The notes beneath the pieces are model-generated. The model saw only the letters and a list, made by a program, of their open reading frames with translations. It did not search any database and was not told the origin of the DNA. The position numbers were made by a program, and so were the translations under genes. A DNA stretch of 64,000 nt from a virus. Its lineage: Duplodnaviria > Heunggongvirae > Uroviricota > Caudoviricetes. Of this stretch, positions 1 through 9,497 are shown piece after piece (positions within the stretch are counted from its first letter, which is position 1; each line of letters begins with the position of its first letter). The stretch spans positions 70,312 through 134,311 of IMG/VR virus record IMGVR_UViG_3300011904_000029. One strand, given 5' to 3'.

Positions 1-20
1 CTGTGGTATGGCTGCTTCAT
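1..20 (-). CDS. 5' end of a minus-strand ORF running off the window (MKQPYH...)
   Basis: ATG at 18-20 with AGGAGG on the minus strand about 25 nt upstream; product unknown. Confidence 0.35.
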
Positions 21-113
21 TAATTTTATATTTCATTGTTAATAACCTCCTATTTTTATTAACAGGGACATTCCAGCGATTCCAGAAAGGCCCTGTTATG
101 TAATTACATTAAT

Positions 114-920
114 TTATTTTATTAAATATTCATTTTTAAATTTTATTGCATCTTGAGTGCTCTGAAACACAATATCAATTTTACCGTTCTTATAAAGCTT
201 AATTGACTCTACTTTGTTATAGCCTAATTCATACTTGGAAAAAATATCGTATTCCTCTTCTCCTCTATTCAGTTCTTGATACAAGTTAATATAATAACCT
301 AACATTTCTGTTTCTCCTGCCTCAAAATGACTTAAGGCTTTAAACAATGGGCTAACCTTTGAATCTCCATAACTCAATCCTTTCTTACCTCTCCAGTCAT
401 CATGCCACCACACAAAATCTTGAATAGACATTTTATTCTTTTTGATAGTAATTTTATCAGCATTATAGATTGTATCTCTGCATTTGTCTTTTATTTCTTT
501 GATTGCTTTTTCCTTAAAATTAAATCCTCCAAGCTGCTCAAATATTTCATTAACAATATCTTGATAAGCTATATCTTTCTGCTTAAATTTATGCCGGATC
601 TCTCCACTCTCCAATGTAACATTGTATTGATTCTGAAAGTGATAAATGATATTTGAAATAAACTCACTTTTAAATTTTTCCATTCTGTTTTCTGCATGTA
701 TGATATCTTTGTGTCTATCTATATAACCTTTGTAATTCTTTTTAATATCATCGGAATAGTTTTCATAAATGCTTTTAAATAGCTCCAGTGTTTGCTGCAT
801 TGCGTTTTTAGCTTCATAATACATCTTTTCTTGCTTTTCGCAAAAAGCTCTGTCAAACTCTGAAATTCGAGTGTCGTTTTCAATTTTTATATTTTCAAAT
901 TTAGATAGTAATATACTCAT
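114..920 (-). CDS. hypothetical phage protein; C-terminus resembles the DUF4942-type tail
   Basis: ORF track 114..938, second ATG (920) preferred for RBS spacing; C-terminal KLYKNGKIDIVF motif. Confidence 0.8.
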   Translation of the reverse strand: MSILLSKFENIKIENDTRISEFDRAFCEKQEKMYYEAKNAMQQTLELFKSIYENYSDDIKKNYKGYIDRHKDIIHAENRMEKFKSEFISNIIYHFQNQYNVTLESGEIRHKFKQKDIAYQDIVNEIFEQLGGFNFKEKAIKEIKDKCRDTIYNADKITIKKNKMSIQDFVWWHDDWRGKKGLSYGDSKVSPLFKALSHFEAGETEMLGYYINLYQELNRGEEEYDIFSKYELGYNKVESIKLYKNGKIDIVFQSTQDAIKFKNEYLIK

Positions 921-995
921 TTTTAAGCCTCTTTTCATTTTTTATTAATCCTACTTAATATTATACACTAAATTAAATAATTTAAATGTATAATT

Positions 996-1379
996 TTATT
1001 TAATATTTGTAAAGAGTATTTCCTTCTCGAATAATAAAGATACATCTTTCATAAATGTATCATCGAAACTAACTACATACTCATAACCATTTTCATTTTT
1101 TCTTAATGTTGGCATATCACTTACATTAACCCATCCATTTAAGATAATAATATCCTTTTGATCTAGTGACTTCTTATAATACTTTCGCTTATGCTTTGGC
1201 CTATGTATCAAATATATGAATGTTTGGAAGCTCGTTTCTTTGACATCAAAATCATGAAATGTCGTTTGCGATACTTGCGGCATACCAAAATCATTGAAAC
1301 CAACTATTGTTATTTTGTCTCCAGGTTTAAGCTCACTTAAAGTATTGATTAATTCATTTTCTTTTTTAATTGTAATCAA
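996..1379 (-). CDS. hypothetical protein
   Basis: 127-aa ORF, TTG start with GGAGG RBS. Confidence 0.8.
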   Translation of the reverse strand: MITIKKENELINTLSELKPGDKITIVGFNDFGMPQVSQTTFHDFDVKETSFQTFIYLIHRPKHKRKYYKKSLDQKDIIILNGWVNVSDMPTLRKNENGYEYVVSFDDTFMKDVSLLFEKEILFTNIK

Positions 1380-1426
1380 TTTTATTCCTCCAATTTAAAA
1401 TTAAATTTAAAGATAAAAGGGATATT

Positions 1427-1621
1427 TCATTGGATCATTGACCTTTTCCTTGCCAGTAATTCACTTTCAATAAATCTCTTGATCGGAATATGATTTTTTA
1501 ACTCTTTTTCATAGTGACTATAAAATTTGTTTGCAAAATAATTTACAACTTGACTCGATCCGGCCAACTCCTTTTCATTCAATTCAATTAAAATTTGCTT
1601 TACTTTTTCGGTTAATGTCAT
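1427..1621 (-). CDS. small hypothetical protein
   Basis: ORF with AAGGAAG RBS before the ATG at 1621. Confidence 0.65.
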   Translation of the reverse strand: MTLTEKVKQILIELNEKELAGSSQVVNYFANKFYSHYEKELKNHIPIKRFIESELLARKRSMIQ

Positions 1622-1833
1622 TTGAAACACTTCCTTTAAATTTAATCTTGATTGCCGCCAGCGATAATTCTTATATTCTGTTATGTCTATTATATGTATT
1701 TATTTTATACTTATCACTGGCAAGATCAAAATTAAATTACAGTTTTTGTTGAATCTGTTTTAAAACAGGCATTCCTCCGATAATTGTTATTTTGTAGACA
1801 ATGTGCAGGAATTTGTGTACCATTTTATTTGTT

Positions 1834-1959
1834 TCATAATCCAAGAAATAGGCCAATCTTTTCTAGTTTTTCTAAATCGGCTACATAGTAGCCACCAATT
1901 GATCTGTAATCGTTAATTAACTGATCAACCGTTTCTTTTAACTCCATTTTCAGTTCCAT
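1834..1959 (-). CDS. 41-aa hypothetical peptide (MELKMELKETVDQL...)
   Basis: Read by hand; GAGGGG RBS; lies downstream of the promoter at 1995-2022. Confidence 0.45.
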   Translation of the reverse strand: MELKMELKETVDQLINDYRSIGGYYVADLEKLEKIGLFLGL

Positions 1960-1994
1960 TTTTTTGTTCCCCTCTCTTTGTTTTCTTACTTACT

Positions 1995-2022
1995 ATTATA
2001 CACTATTTAAAAATAATGTAAA
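1995..2022 (-). promoter_or_regulatory. sigmaA-type promoter
   Basis: TTTACA-N16-TATAAT on the minus strand. Confidence 0.55.
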
Positions 2023-2047
2023 CACTTATTTATAATTTATTTAATAT

Positions 2048-2158
2048 TTATTGAGCAGCCAGTTTAGAAATGAAGTAAAGACCCAGGGAAAAGGTTAGTG
2101 CAAAGAAAAGAATTGTATAGATATTGTTCTTTAATGTTTCCTTAATGGATTGGATCAT
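2048..2158 (-). CDS. 36-aa single-transmembrane peptide (MIQSIKETLKNNIYTILFFALTFSLGLYFISKLAAQ)
   Basis: Read by hand; AGGAGG RBS; one hydrophobic helix. Confidence 0.65.
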   Translation of the reverse strand: MIQSIKETLKNNIYTILFFALTFSLGLYFISKLAAQ

Positions 2159-2239
2159 ATGTAATTCCTCCTTTTATTTATTAAATAAATTATAACATAT
2201 TGAATTGGTAAATGTAAAGGATTGTTTGAAAATTAATTA

Positions 2240-2281
2240 AAAATAAAAAGTTCCAGTCAAGACGGTTTTTCTTGACTGGAA
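2240..2281 (-). terminator. intrinsic terminator after the YonV-like gene
   Basis: 11-bp stem ttccagtcaag/cttgactggaa followed by a U-run on the minus strand. Confidence 0.7.
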
Positions 2282-2453
2282 AGCAAGCTCTTTCAACACG
2301 TTTTACCGTTGAAAGAGTGCGGTAGTATGTTTTAAATAGATTTATATAATATATTTAACTTTTACCACTTTATATATACTCTCTTTAAGAGTAGCCAAAA
2401 AATAAGCCTTATAAATCAACGTTTTAAGCACCAAAATTTTAATTTTACCACTT

Positions 2454-3701
2454 TTACTTTTCATATATGTATTTAATTGGTTTATCATCAAGCCATAACT
2501 TTAAAAGTGTTCTCATACGGTGACTAGGTATGTATAGATTTACTTCCCTATCTTCCCTTATCGCCGATCTAAATATCCATTGTAAGCATTCAGACAAAGC
2601 ATATAAATCATCATCTATATGTATACCTCTAGTCTTTAAAAAGTTATTAATGACTGTATTAGGGAACCTGTTGACTAAATAAGCCAGATTAAATCTATCC
2701 TTATGGTCATTTGTTGCTCTGGTATTCAATGGGATAAATGCTTTTGTATATCTCTTTCCCTGTATCTTAGTTTGAAAGTCTTTAAATGTTGTCCATAAAT
2801 TTTCGTTTGCTTTTGACTTTACAATGTTTCTATAATAATTTTCTGTATGTCTTTTTAATTGATTCAATATATCATCAGATGATCTTATGTACCAACTTTT
2901 AGATAATGTATATGGTTCGCTGCCTATTCTGTTTAATTTATCATGTTCAACTATGTTTATCTTTTGTTTTAATTTATTTTTAAATTCTTTTTCAGAGTAG
3001 TTGTTTGGTCTAGGTTTAAATTTATATGTATCTTCTTCTTTTGTTGCAATGTATTTTTTGTATTTTAGATTATGTAAATCATAATAATATTTTTGTATTT
3101 GTGCATCAAATTGGTATGTAAGGATATAAACCTCTTTAAATGCTTTGAATATGTCGGCTGGAAACGTCCATATTAAAACCCTGTCCATATACTTAATTAA
3201 ATTATAATTAAGGGCCATATCTCTAATATCATTATATCTAGAATCCCAATCAGACTTTTCTTCATTCCAAAGTAAATACCCATCTTCCTCATAAAGTAAT
3301 TTCATTGCAAATAATGTTTCTAGGTCATTCTTTTTAATATTTAGCTGCTCCACAACGTCCATAACCTCATCAAGAATTAAAATATAGTTACCATTATGGA
3401 TTAATTCCCTTGTTTCTCTGTTCGCACGTTTGAATAATGCATGAGTAGAAACAATACTCTTTTCTTCTGATAATAGCTTATGTAATGATTCAAATTTACT
3501 GCTGTATTGTGATTTATCTGAATGGAAGTAGTTAGGCTCATAAAACCTTTTATTTACTGCTCCTTTAATTCTCTTCACTTCCGGCAGATAAGGTGTAATA
3601 TAAATATAGTTATTGTCTGTATTACCATTCATTAGATTAATGGCAGATGAAGTTTTACCAGATCCCATAATGGAATCAACTACTTTAATATGGTTTGTCA
3701 T
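2454..3701 (-). CDS. SPbeta YonV-like P-loop/SF2 helicase-like protein
   Basis: N-terminal VDSIMGSGKTS Walker A and ILDEVMD Walker B; 415 aa; AAGGAGG RBS. Confidence 0.75.
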   Translation of the reverse strand: MTNHIKVVDSIMGSGKTSSAINLMNGNTDNNYIYITPYLPEVKRIKGAVNKRFYEPNYFHSDKSQYSSKFESLHKLLSEEKSIVSTHALFKRANRETRELIHNGNYILILDEVMDVVEQLNIKKNDLETLFAMKLLYEEDGYLLWNEEKSDWDSRYNDIRDMALNYNLIKYMDRVLIWTFPADIFKAFKEVYILTYQFDAQIQKYYYDLHNLKYKKYIATKEEDTYKFKPRPNNYSEKEFKNKLKQKINIVEHDKLNRIGSEPYTLSKSWYIRSSDDILNQLKRHTENYYRNIVKSKANENLWTTFKDFQTKIQGKRYTKAFIPLNTRATNDHKDRFNLAYLVNRFPNTVINNFLKTRGIHIDDDLYALSECLQWIFRSAIREDREVNLYIPSHRMRTLLKLWLDDKPIKYIYEK

Positions 3702-3818
3702 TAATATAAATTTCCTCCTTTATTTTAAAAATCCAAAGAAAGCCAGCGATATTGCCGACTCCATTTATATATTATGTATTTATTTTATGTTTAATGAAAT
3801 TGTGATAAATGATTAATT

Positions 3819-3962
3819 TTAATCTATCATTTTATCTTTATTCATTTTTCTTTTTGATTCAGTTAAATAAACTGAAATTAATTGTTTCACTTGCTCTTTT
3901 GTTTTCCCTTGTCTATATGCACTATCTCTTATTTTCTCAAGATCATGTTTAATTTTAAACAC
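3819..3962 (-). CDS. 47-aa hypothetical protein (MFKIKHDLEKIRDSAY...)
   Basis: Read by hand; GTG start with AAGGAG RBS. Confidence 0.6.
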   Translation of the reverse strand: MFKIKHDLEKIRDSAYRQGKTKEQVKQLISVYLTESKRKMNKDKMID

Positions 3963-4004
3963 TTATAACACTCCTTAAAATATTTGTTTTATTAGCTTAT
4001 AAAT

Positions 4005-4220
4005 TTAACCAAGTTGCTTTAAGTTTTTTAATAAACAATAGTTAGGTGTAGAGCTTCCAACTCTTTCAACAATAGCAACTTTAATTCTATTACTATTAGC
4101 TTTTTCTGTATTAGTTGCTTTCTTAATTGCTTCATTAAGATTACCTGTAAAATCTTGAATCCAGACACCATCTACATAACCGTTTGTTTCGTTGTAAATT
4201 TGAATAAGAGAAAATTTCAT
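4005..4220 (-). CDS. small hypothetical protein
   Basis: ORF track; GGAG RBS. Confidence 0.7.
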   Translation of the reverse strand: MKFSLIQIYNETNGYVDGVWIQDFTGNLNEAIKKATNTEKANSNRIKVAIVERVGSSTPNYCLLKNLKQLG

Positions 4221-4267
4221 CTTCAATACACTCCTTTTATTGATAAATTAATGGATTCATTCTGTTA

Positions 4268-4540
4268 TTAATTAATGGCCGGATATTTGCTTAATTTTTC
4301 CGGTAAATCCAGCACGTTTCTCAATTTTGTATTAACGTATAAAATGGCATCTTTTCGGTTTGTAGCATATGATCCAATCTGAATGCCTGTTAAAGAATCT
4401 GATACATTCCAACCAGCGCCATCATAAATAGTATGAGCAACTAATTTTCTGCCTGTATTTTCGTCTATATAGGAATAGCCTTCTTTTTCTCTTATTCCTT
4501 TTGCAGTCGCAACATTAAATTTAATTTTTTTAAGATTCAT
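4268..4540 (-). CDS. hypothetical protein
   Basis: 90-aa ORF; GGAGG RBS. Confidence 0.75.
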   Translation of the reverse strand: MNLKKIKFNVATAKGIREKEGYSYIDENTGRKLVAHTIYDGAGWNVSDSLTGIQIGSYATNRKDAILYVNTKLRNVLDLPEKLSKYPAIN

Positions 4541-4589
4541 TTTTTCATTCCTCCAATTTAATTTTATTTCTGTTTAAGTGCTATTTGGT

Positions 4590-4772
4590 TTATTCACTTC
4601 TAATAAAGTCATACATGCCATCTAATAAATCTAATAAGTGTACGGCCTCATGTCTTTCTAAAAGTTCATTGGATAGTTCTTCATGCTTTTCATTAAATTC
4701 AATTCCCTGGTCTCTTAAAGTGTATAAGAGTGACATGTAAATCATTTCAATTTGTTCTTTTTGGTAGTTCAT
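4590..4772 (-). CDS. small hypothetical protein (MNYQKEQ...)
   Basis: Start moved to the ATG at 4772, which follows an AAAGGAG RBS. Confidence 0.7.
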   Translation of the reverse strand: MNYQKEQIEMIYMSLLYTLRDQGIEFNEKHEELSNELLERHEAVHLLDLLDGMYDFIRSE

Positions 4773-4865
4773 GTTGGCTTCTCCTTTTTGACTTGCCATC
4801 ATCAGATAGTGAATAGTCATTTCATTATGACAAGGGAGCATCCCCTTGTTTCGGCTTATTACAAT

Positions 4866-5054
4866 TTAATTTATTATTAGAAATTCATTTGTTAATCTTA
4901 GATACTGTCTTTTAAGATTGCGTAATTCTTTAGCTAGTTTATTGTAGTTACTCTTTGGATTGAAGTAAGAAAAACCTGCCTTTTCCGACTTTTGCATACG
5001 GTTATATAAATCTGTAGCCTTTTCTATGATTTGATTTTCAGTCATTGTGTTCAT
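4866..5054 (-). CDS. small hypothetical protein
   Basis: 62-aa ORF; GGAGG RBS. Confidence 0.7.
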   Translation of the reverse strand: MNTMTENQIIEKATDLYNRMQKSEKAGFSYFNPKSNYNKLAKELRNLKRQYLRLTNEFLIIN

Positions 5055-5087
5055 TTCTTTTTATTCCTCCCTAATGAAATGTTGTTT

Positions 5088-5348
5088 TTATCTTGTTAAT
5101 CTTAAAATACCTTCTTCAAAAACTCTGTATTCAAAATGACTATTATCAGTATTTAAAATATGCTTAAATTTCCCTAACTTAATTGGTTCAAAAAAATCAG
5201 ATGTGAAGTGCATAATATTATCATCAACAATTTTTCTTACTGTCCATTTTGGTGTATATTCATCTTTTGATTCATGCCAAAACACTTTATCTCCGTTTGG
5301 TGTAATATCAAACATATCTCTTTCTAATCCCCTATATAGTTTTTTCAT
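5088..5348 (-). CDS. hypothetical protein (MKKLYRG...)
   Basis: ATG at 5348 after GAGGAAGG; downstream of the promoter at 5434-5462. Confidence 0.7.
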   Translation of the reverse strand: MKKLYRGLERDMFDITPNGDKVFWHESKDEYTPKWTVRKIVDDNIMHFTSDFFEPIKLGKFKHILNTDNSHFEYRVFEEGILRLTR

Positions 5349-5433
5349 TTTTCCTTCCTCATTTCTCAATAAATTTATAGATTTATTTATTTAATATTTG
5401 TCGATCAAGTTTCAATTGCTTATCTTAATTACT

Positions 5434-5462
5434 ATTATACATTGTTAAATAATGAAAGTCAA
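5434..5462 (-). promoter_or_regulatory. sigmaA-type promoter
   Basis: TTGACT-N17-TATAAT on the minus strand. Confidence 0.75.
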
Positions 5463-5492
5463 CAATATTAACTACATTATTTTATTTAATAT

Positions 5493-5729
5493 TTAAAACT
5501 CCTTTTGTATCTCTTCGACTTCATGTAGGAAAAATTTGTAATTACAGAACACAATGCCTTTCAGAAACTCTTTACTTACTTCAAATGGCCTACTGTCCCT
5601 CTCCCTTAAATATATGCTACTTGGACTACACATGATGGCAAAATCAAGAGAATCAAAATTTTGGATAGTAACACATTTTTCTTGTAAGAAATCTACAATT
5701 TCTTGGACACTCATGTCTTGAATGATCAT
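5493..5729 (-). CDS. hypothetical protein (MIIQDMS...)
   Basis: ATG at 5729 after AAGGAG. Confidence 0.7.
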   Translation of the reverse strand: MIIQDMSVQEIVDFLQEKCVTIQNFDSLDFAIMCSPSSIYLRERDSRPFEVSKEFLKGIVFCNYKFFLHEVEEIQKEF

Positions 5730-5760
5730 TTTAACTCTCCTTTGCAATAACATTTTTTAT

Positions 5761-7368
5761 TTATGATGTTAATTTTAATAATTCTTCTGTTTTCATAATG
5801 TAGTATGATGCATTTTTCATGACATTGTTATATGAGCTTTCCCCCTCAAAACCATTAATAACCTCTTTTTCCTCTGCTGTCATATCGCTATATTTAACTT
5901 TTCCATAAGATGGAGGAAGCCAGCCTTTTCTTTGTGATCCAAATAAATTAAATTTATGTAATAGTTCTAAGCATTTGAATTCCAAATGGCATGTACCTTT
6001 TTTATAAAAAGTGACATAGAAGTATTTTAAATCTATTTTCTTTGTTTCCTGATAATGTTCAGCCATTTTAAGAGTGTCTGTCATGTCAATTTCTTCCGTT
6101 TGTCCTGCATCGAGATAATTAAATACTTTCTCAATATCCTTCAACTTATCTAGCACTGTATAGTCTGTAGGTCGGTACTGACGATCAAACCAACCATTAA
6201 ATCCATTCAATGGAATAATGACTTTTTTATTTATTTTCCATGCCTTATTAGTTTTCCAACCATTATAAAGATGCACGTTCTTTGAGCTTTCATCATAGTA
6301 ATGCTTATATGAAAATTCATCAAATAGGTTAAGAATTGTATCTTCTACACCTTTTACCATTTCTTTATTTAACTGAACCCTTATAGAATAAATGTTATAG
6401 AAAGAAAAATCATAGTCCTTTAATTCATTTACATATTGCAGATACTTTTGTTTTAAATTGCTTGTAAAAAGTGACATAAATTGATCATTACTAAATAATG
6501 TAGTCCAATATTTAAGTCTAATTTGCTTTATATAGGCATTTTCTAAACTGCTTCCCTCGTTATCTTCATATTCTAATCCTAATTTTAAAACTGGTCTATT
6601 ATCGTCTGTGAAGCTTCTTAGCATTAAAGGCTTAAGACTGTTGTACTCTTCTATGAGTTTTAAACCTGCTTTTACTTCATAATTATACTGCTGCACAATC
6701 CCTTTTATAAAATCGGAATCTATTAAATAATTATTGTTATGAATATTGCTATCGCTATGTATTTCTTCTTGTTTCAGTCTCTCAAGTATAACGCTATTAT
6801 GAGGGACTTTTTTAACACTCATGTGGACAATTGCTGTTTCTACATCCGTTTTTCTGTCTGCATTAGTAAAAGCATTTTGTATAAATTCAACATTAGCATT
6901 ATATTCATCCAATTTTTGAATGAGCTCTTTCCTTGAATTACTATATGGATTTTTCAAAGTCTCTCCATTAATTAAGAAAACCAATTGACATGACTTCATT
7001 TGATTTTCTGCTAATTTTATAGCATGTAAAGCATGTCTATCACCTTGGGAAAATGGAAAATTTGCTACTATACAATCATAGGATTTATATGTTTGGAAAT
7101 GTAAAAAGTCATCTGCTACAACTCTATAGCCTTTTCCTTTGAGTATATGTATTAAGTTGGTGTCTATTTCAATTAAGTCCACATCATATTTTTTAGTGCC
7201 TCTATATCTTTGAGTATATTCAAATTGCTTCATAATACCTTCGACAAGATCACCACCTCCCGCACTTGGTTCGAGACAAGTTTGAACTTTAGACCACTCG
7301 ATTTTACTCAACATCATTCTTTGCAGTGCCTTTGGTGTAGGAAAGAAATCTGGGTTATCTTTAAACAT
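5761..7368 (-). CDS. class I SAM-dependent DNA adenine methyltransferase with DUF4942-type C-terminal domain
   Basis: Motif I LEPSAGGG; motif IV-like VANFPF; C-terminal FYKKGTCHLEF...GWLPPSYGK. Confidence 0.8.
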   Translation of the reverse strand: MFKDNPDFFPTPKALQRMMLSKIEWSKVQTCLEPSAGGGDLVEGIMKQFEYTQRYRGTKKYDVDLIEIDTNLIHILKGKGYRVVADDFLHFQTYKSYDCIVANFPFSQGDRHALHAIKLAENQMKSCQLVFLINGETLKNPYSNSRKELIQKLDEYNANVEFIQNAFTNADRKTDVETAIVHMSVKKVPHNSVILERLKQEEIHSDSNIHNNNYLIDSDFIKGIVQQYNYEVKAGLKLIEEYNSLKPLMLRSFTDDNRPVLKLGLEYEDNEGSSLENAYIKQIRLKYWTTLFSNDQFMSLFTSNLKQKYLQYVNELKDYDFSFYNIYSIRVQLNKEMVKGVEDTILNLFDEFSYKHYYDESSKNVHLYNGWKTNKAWKINKKVIIPLNGFNGWFDRQYRPTDYTVLDKLKDIEKVFNYLDAGQTEEIDMTDTLKMAEHYQETKKIDLKYFYVTFYKKGTCHLEFKCLELLHKFNLFGSQRKGWLPPSYGKVKYSDMTAEEKEVINGFEGESSYNNVMKNASYYIMKTEELLKLTS

Positions 7369-7436
7369 ATTATTACCTCCTATAATAATTAGGATTTTTT
7401 GTCATAAGTAGAAATCCTTTTAAAACTGCTACAAAA

Positions 7437-9284
7437 TTAGAATGACGGACTATAGGTGTTTACAACTGGGGTTAATCCCTGCTGCTCAAAATGATTAAGT
7501 ATCTCATCATACTGCTTGTTGTCACATGAATGGTACTTATTTCTTGTTATTCTAATCCCGTTCTTTTCTTCTACATGGTTAAGTGCTGTTTCAGGCAAGT
7601 TGTGCCAACCCTTATATACCAACAATTCAGAATAGAAGTGTTTATAATGAAGTTTTCTTTTATTCTCCGGTTTAAAAGTCAATTTAACAGCATTGTCGTA
7701 TTGTGCATATTTTGTGTTTGTTACACTGTCAAATGTTATCCTGTTTGCTACAATTGACCCCCAATCAGATATATAGAATAGTGTTAGCTTTTCACCTTCT
7801 TGGATGTCGGCATTACTAAATTGATCTTGTATTCCGTCTACTTCTTGCAAAAGTTTATACATACTAACTTTTAATTCTTCAATCTCTAGTTGTTGAATAA
7901 CCCTCTTTGTAAATAAAAGTCCATATTCATTTAATTTATATTTAACAGCTTCTTTATAGTCTTTCCAGTTCTCGTTCTTCCATGTGTCCACTATATCCAA
8001 TTTATCAATTATACTTGTGGAAATATCTTCTAATTGGTCAGCCTGTAATTTCAATTCTTCCAATTCTTCTTTACTCAATACTTGATCAACTGTTATAGAC
8101 TTTTCAATCTTTGCATTATCTGTTAATCCTATATAACGTGCATAAGAATGTCCTTGAGCATCTACAACAAACTGTAATTCGTTATTAAAATAAACTGCTA
8201 CACCATATAAATTCCATTTTACAGTTTTCTTTTCTAAATCATCCATGTTATAAAAATCAGTCATTGAGTTTATTCTATTATCTTCCGTAAAGCTGCCACC
8301 AGTATTGGCTAGAAAATCAAAATCATTTAAAAGCATGTTTGAAAAGTTTACTAATGCTTCTATATTGTTAAAATGTACTTCTTTTGTAATTTTAACATCT
8401 TCTAATGAATATTTACCTTTGCCTACCTCTTCCTTGTATTGGTCAAGTTTGCAATTTTTATTATGGTCTGCGAATTCAGATCCAATTACAAAATATTGGG
8501 CATTTTCTTTTAGTTCCTTAACTTCAATGCTATTGTAGATGTTTTCAATTTGTTTCTTTTTATATTCTGCGTTTTTTATTTCTTGTTGCTTCATGTGTTT
8601 TTGAAATTCCCGCTCTTTTCTTTCTTCTTCAGCTTTTTCAAATTCAGCTAGTTTATAATTAAATTCTTGCATATCTTTTTGAATTTCTTCTGTTATTTCT
8701 GTTTGGCTATAGTCCCAAGCAATTTCTACATAGCCGAAAAAGTTATAACTACCTGCGTAGTCAGTGTATGGATCAGCAGGATCATAGCAATGATTATAAG
8801 CATTTAGAAGGCTACTACAATATTCTTTAATTGCGTTTAGATAAGTTGAATCTCTTTCAAATGGACTTGATTTAATAGTAAAATTAATTTTTCCGTAATA
8901 AGGAACTGTAACAGAAAATTTGCACTGTGGAAATCTCTTTCTAATATGAGTACGAATTTCTTTTGCTATTACTTTACATTCCTGATCTTTTTGTTCTTGT
9001 GTTAATTCAATATCAGTCCATTGTGTAGCATCCCAAAGCTTCAAAGTTTCTTTTTTAGCTTTTTTCTTTTCTATTTTTGTTGGTGTTGTAACCTCCTCAT
9101 TATTCGTTAAGCTATTAGCAACCTGGAAAGTTTTTTCGCTTTGCTTCGCATACCAGCAATTTTTAAAACTAGAATATCTAAATTTGTTTGCCTTTAAATT
9201 TTCTCTAACTTCTTTCACAGGTTTAGCATTAAAATATAATTCAATCCCATTTAGTTCCTCATTAATCTTCATAGCTACTGACAT
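7437..9284 (-). CDS. large polyvalent-type protein with an LPD29-like domain
   Basis: IAKEIRTHIRKRFPQCKFSVT segment; N-terminal GIELYF...KP...WYAK module; GAGGAG RBS before the ATG at 9284. Confidence 0.65.
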   Translation of the reverse strand: MSVAMKINEELNGIELYFNAKPVKEVRENLKANKFRYSSFKNCWYAKQSEKTFQVANSLTNNEEVTTPTKIEKKKAKKETLKLWDATQWTDIELTQEQKDQECKVIAKEIRTHIRKRFPQCKFSVTVPYYGKINFTIKSSPFERDSTYLNAIKEYCSSLLNAYNHCYDPADPYTDYAGSYNFFGYVEIAWDYSQTEITEEIQKDMQEFNYKLAEFEKAEEERKEREFQKHMKQQEIKNAEYKKKQIENIYNSIEVKELKENAQYFVIGSEFADHNKNCKLDQYKEEVGKGKYSLEDVKITKEVHFNNIEALVNFSNMLLNDFDFLANTGGSFTEDNRINSMTDFYNMDDLEKKTVKWNLYGVAVYFNNELQFVVDAQGHSYARYIGLTDNAKIEKSITVDQVLSKEELEELKLQADQLEDISTSIIDKLDIVDTWKNENWKDYKEAVKYKLNEYGLLFTKRVIQQLEIEELKVSMYKLLQEVDGIQDQFSNADIQEGEKLTLFYISDWGSIVANRITFDSVTNTKYAQYDNAVKLTFKPENKRKLHYKHFYSELLVYKGWHNLPETALNHVEEKNGIRITRNKYHSCDNKQYDEILNHFEQQGLTPVVNTYSPSF

Positions 9285-9328
9285 TCCGAACACTCCTCAA
9301 TAAATATGTATTTATTTAACTTGATTAT

Positions 9329-9357
9329 ATTGTATCAATTTATTTAATATATGTCAA
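9329..9357 (-). promoter_or_regulatory. sigmaA-type promoter (leftward)
   Basis: TTGACA-N17-TACAAT on the minus strand. Confidence 0.75.
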
Positions 9358-9411
9358 TGAAATTTCGTTTAATTTATTAAATAATTATATATATTATTTT
9401 TATGATTTTTG

Positions 9412-9440
9412 TTGACATTTATTAAATAAAATATTATAAT
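9412..9440 (+). promoter_or_regulatory. consensus sigmaA promoter (rightward)
   Basis: TTGACA-N17-TATAAT. Confidence 0.85.
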
Positions 9441-9497
9441 ATGTATAAGAAATCAGATAAACAAACAAAATATACTTAAAAAAGGAGTTTGATTAAT

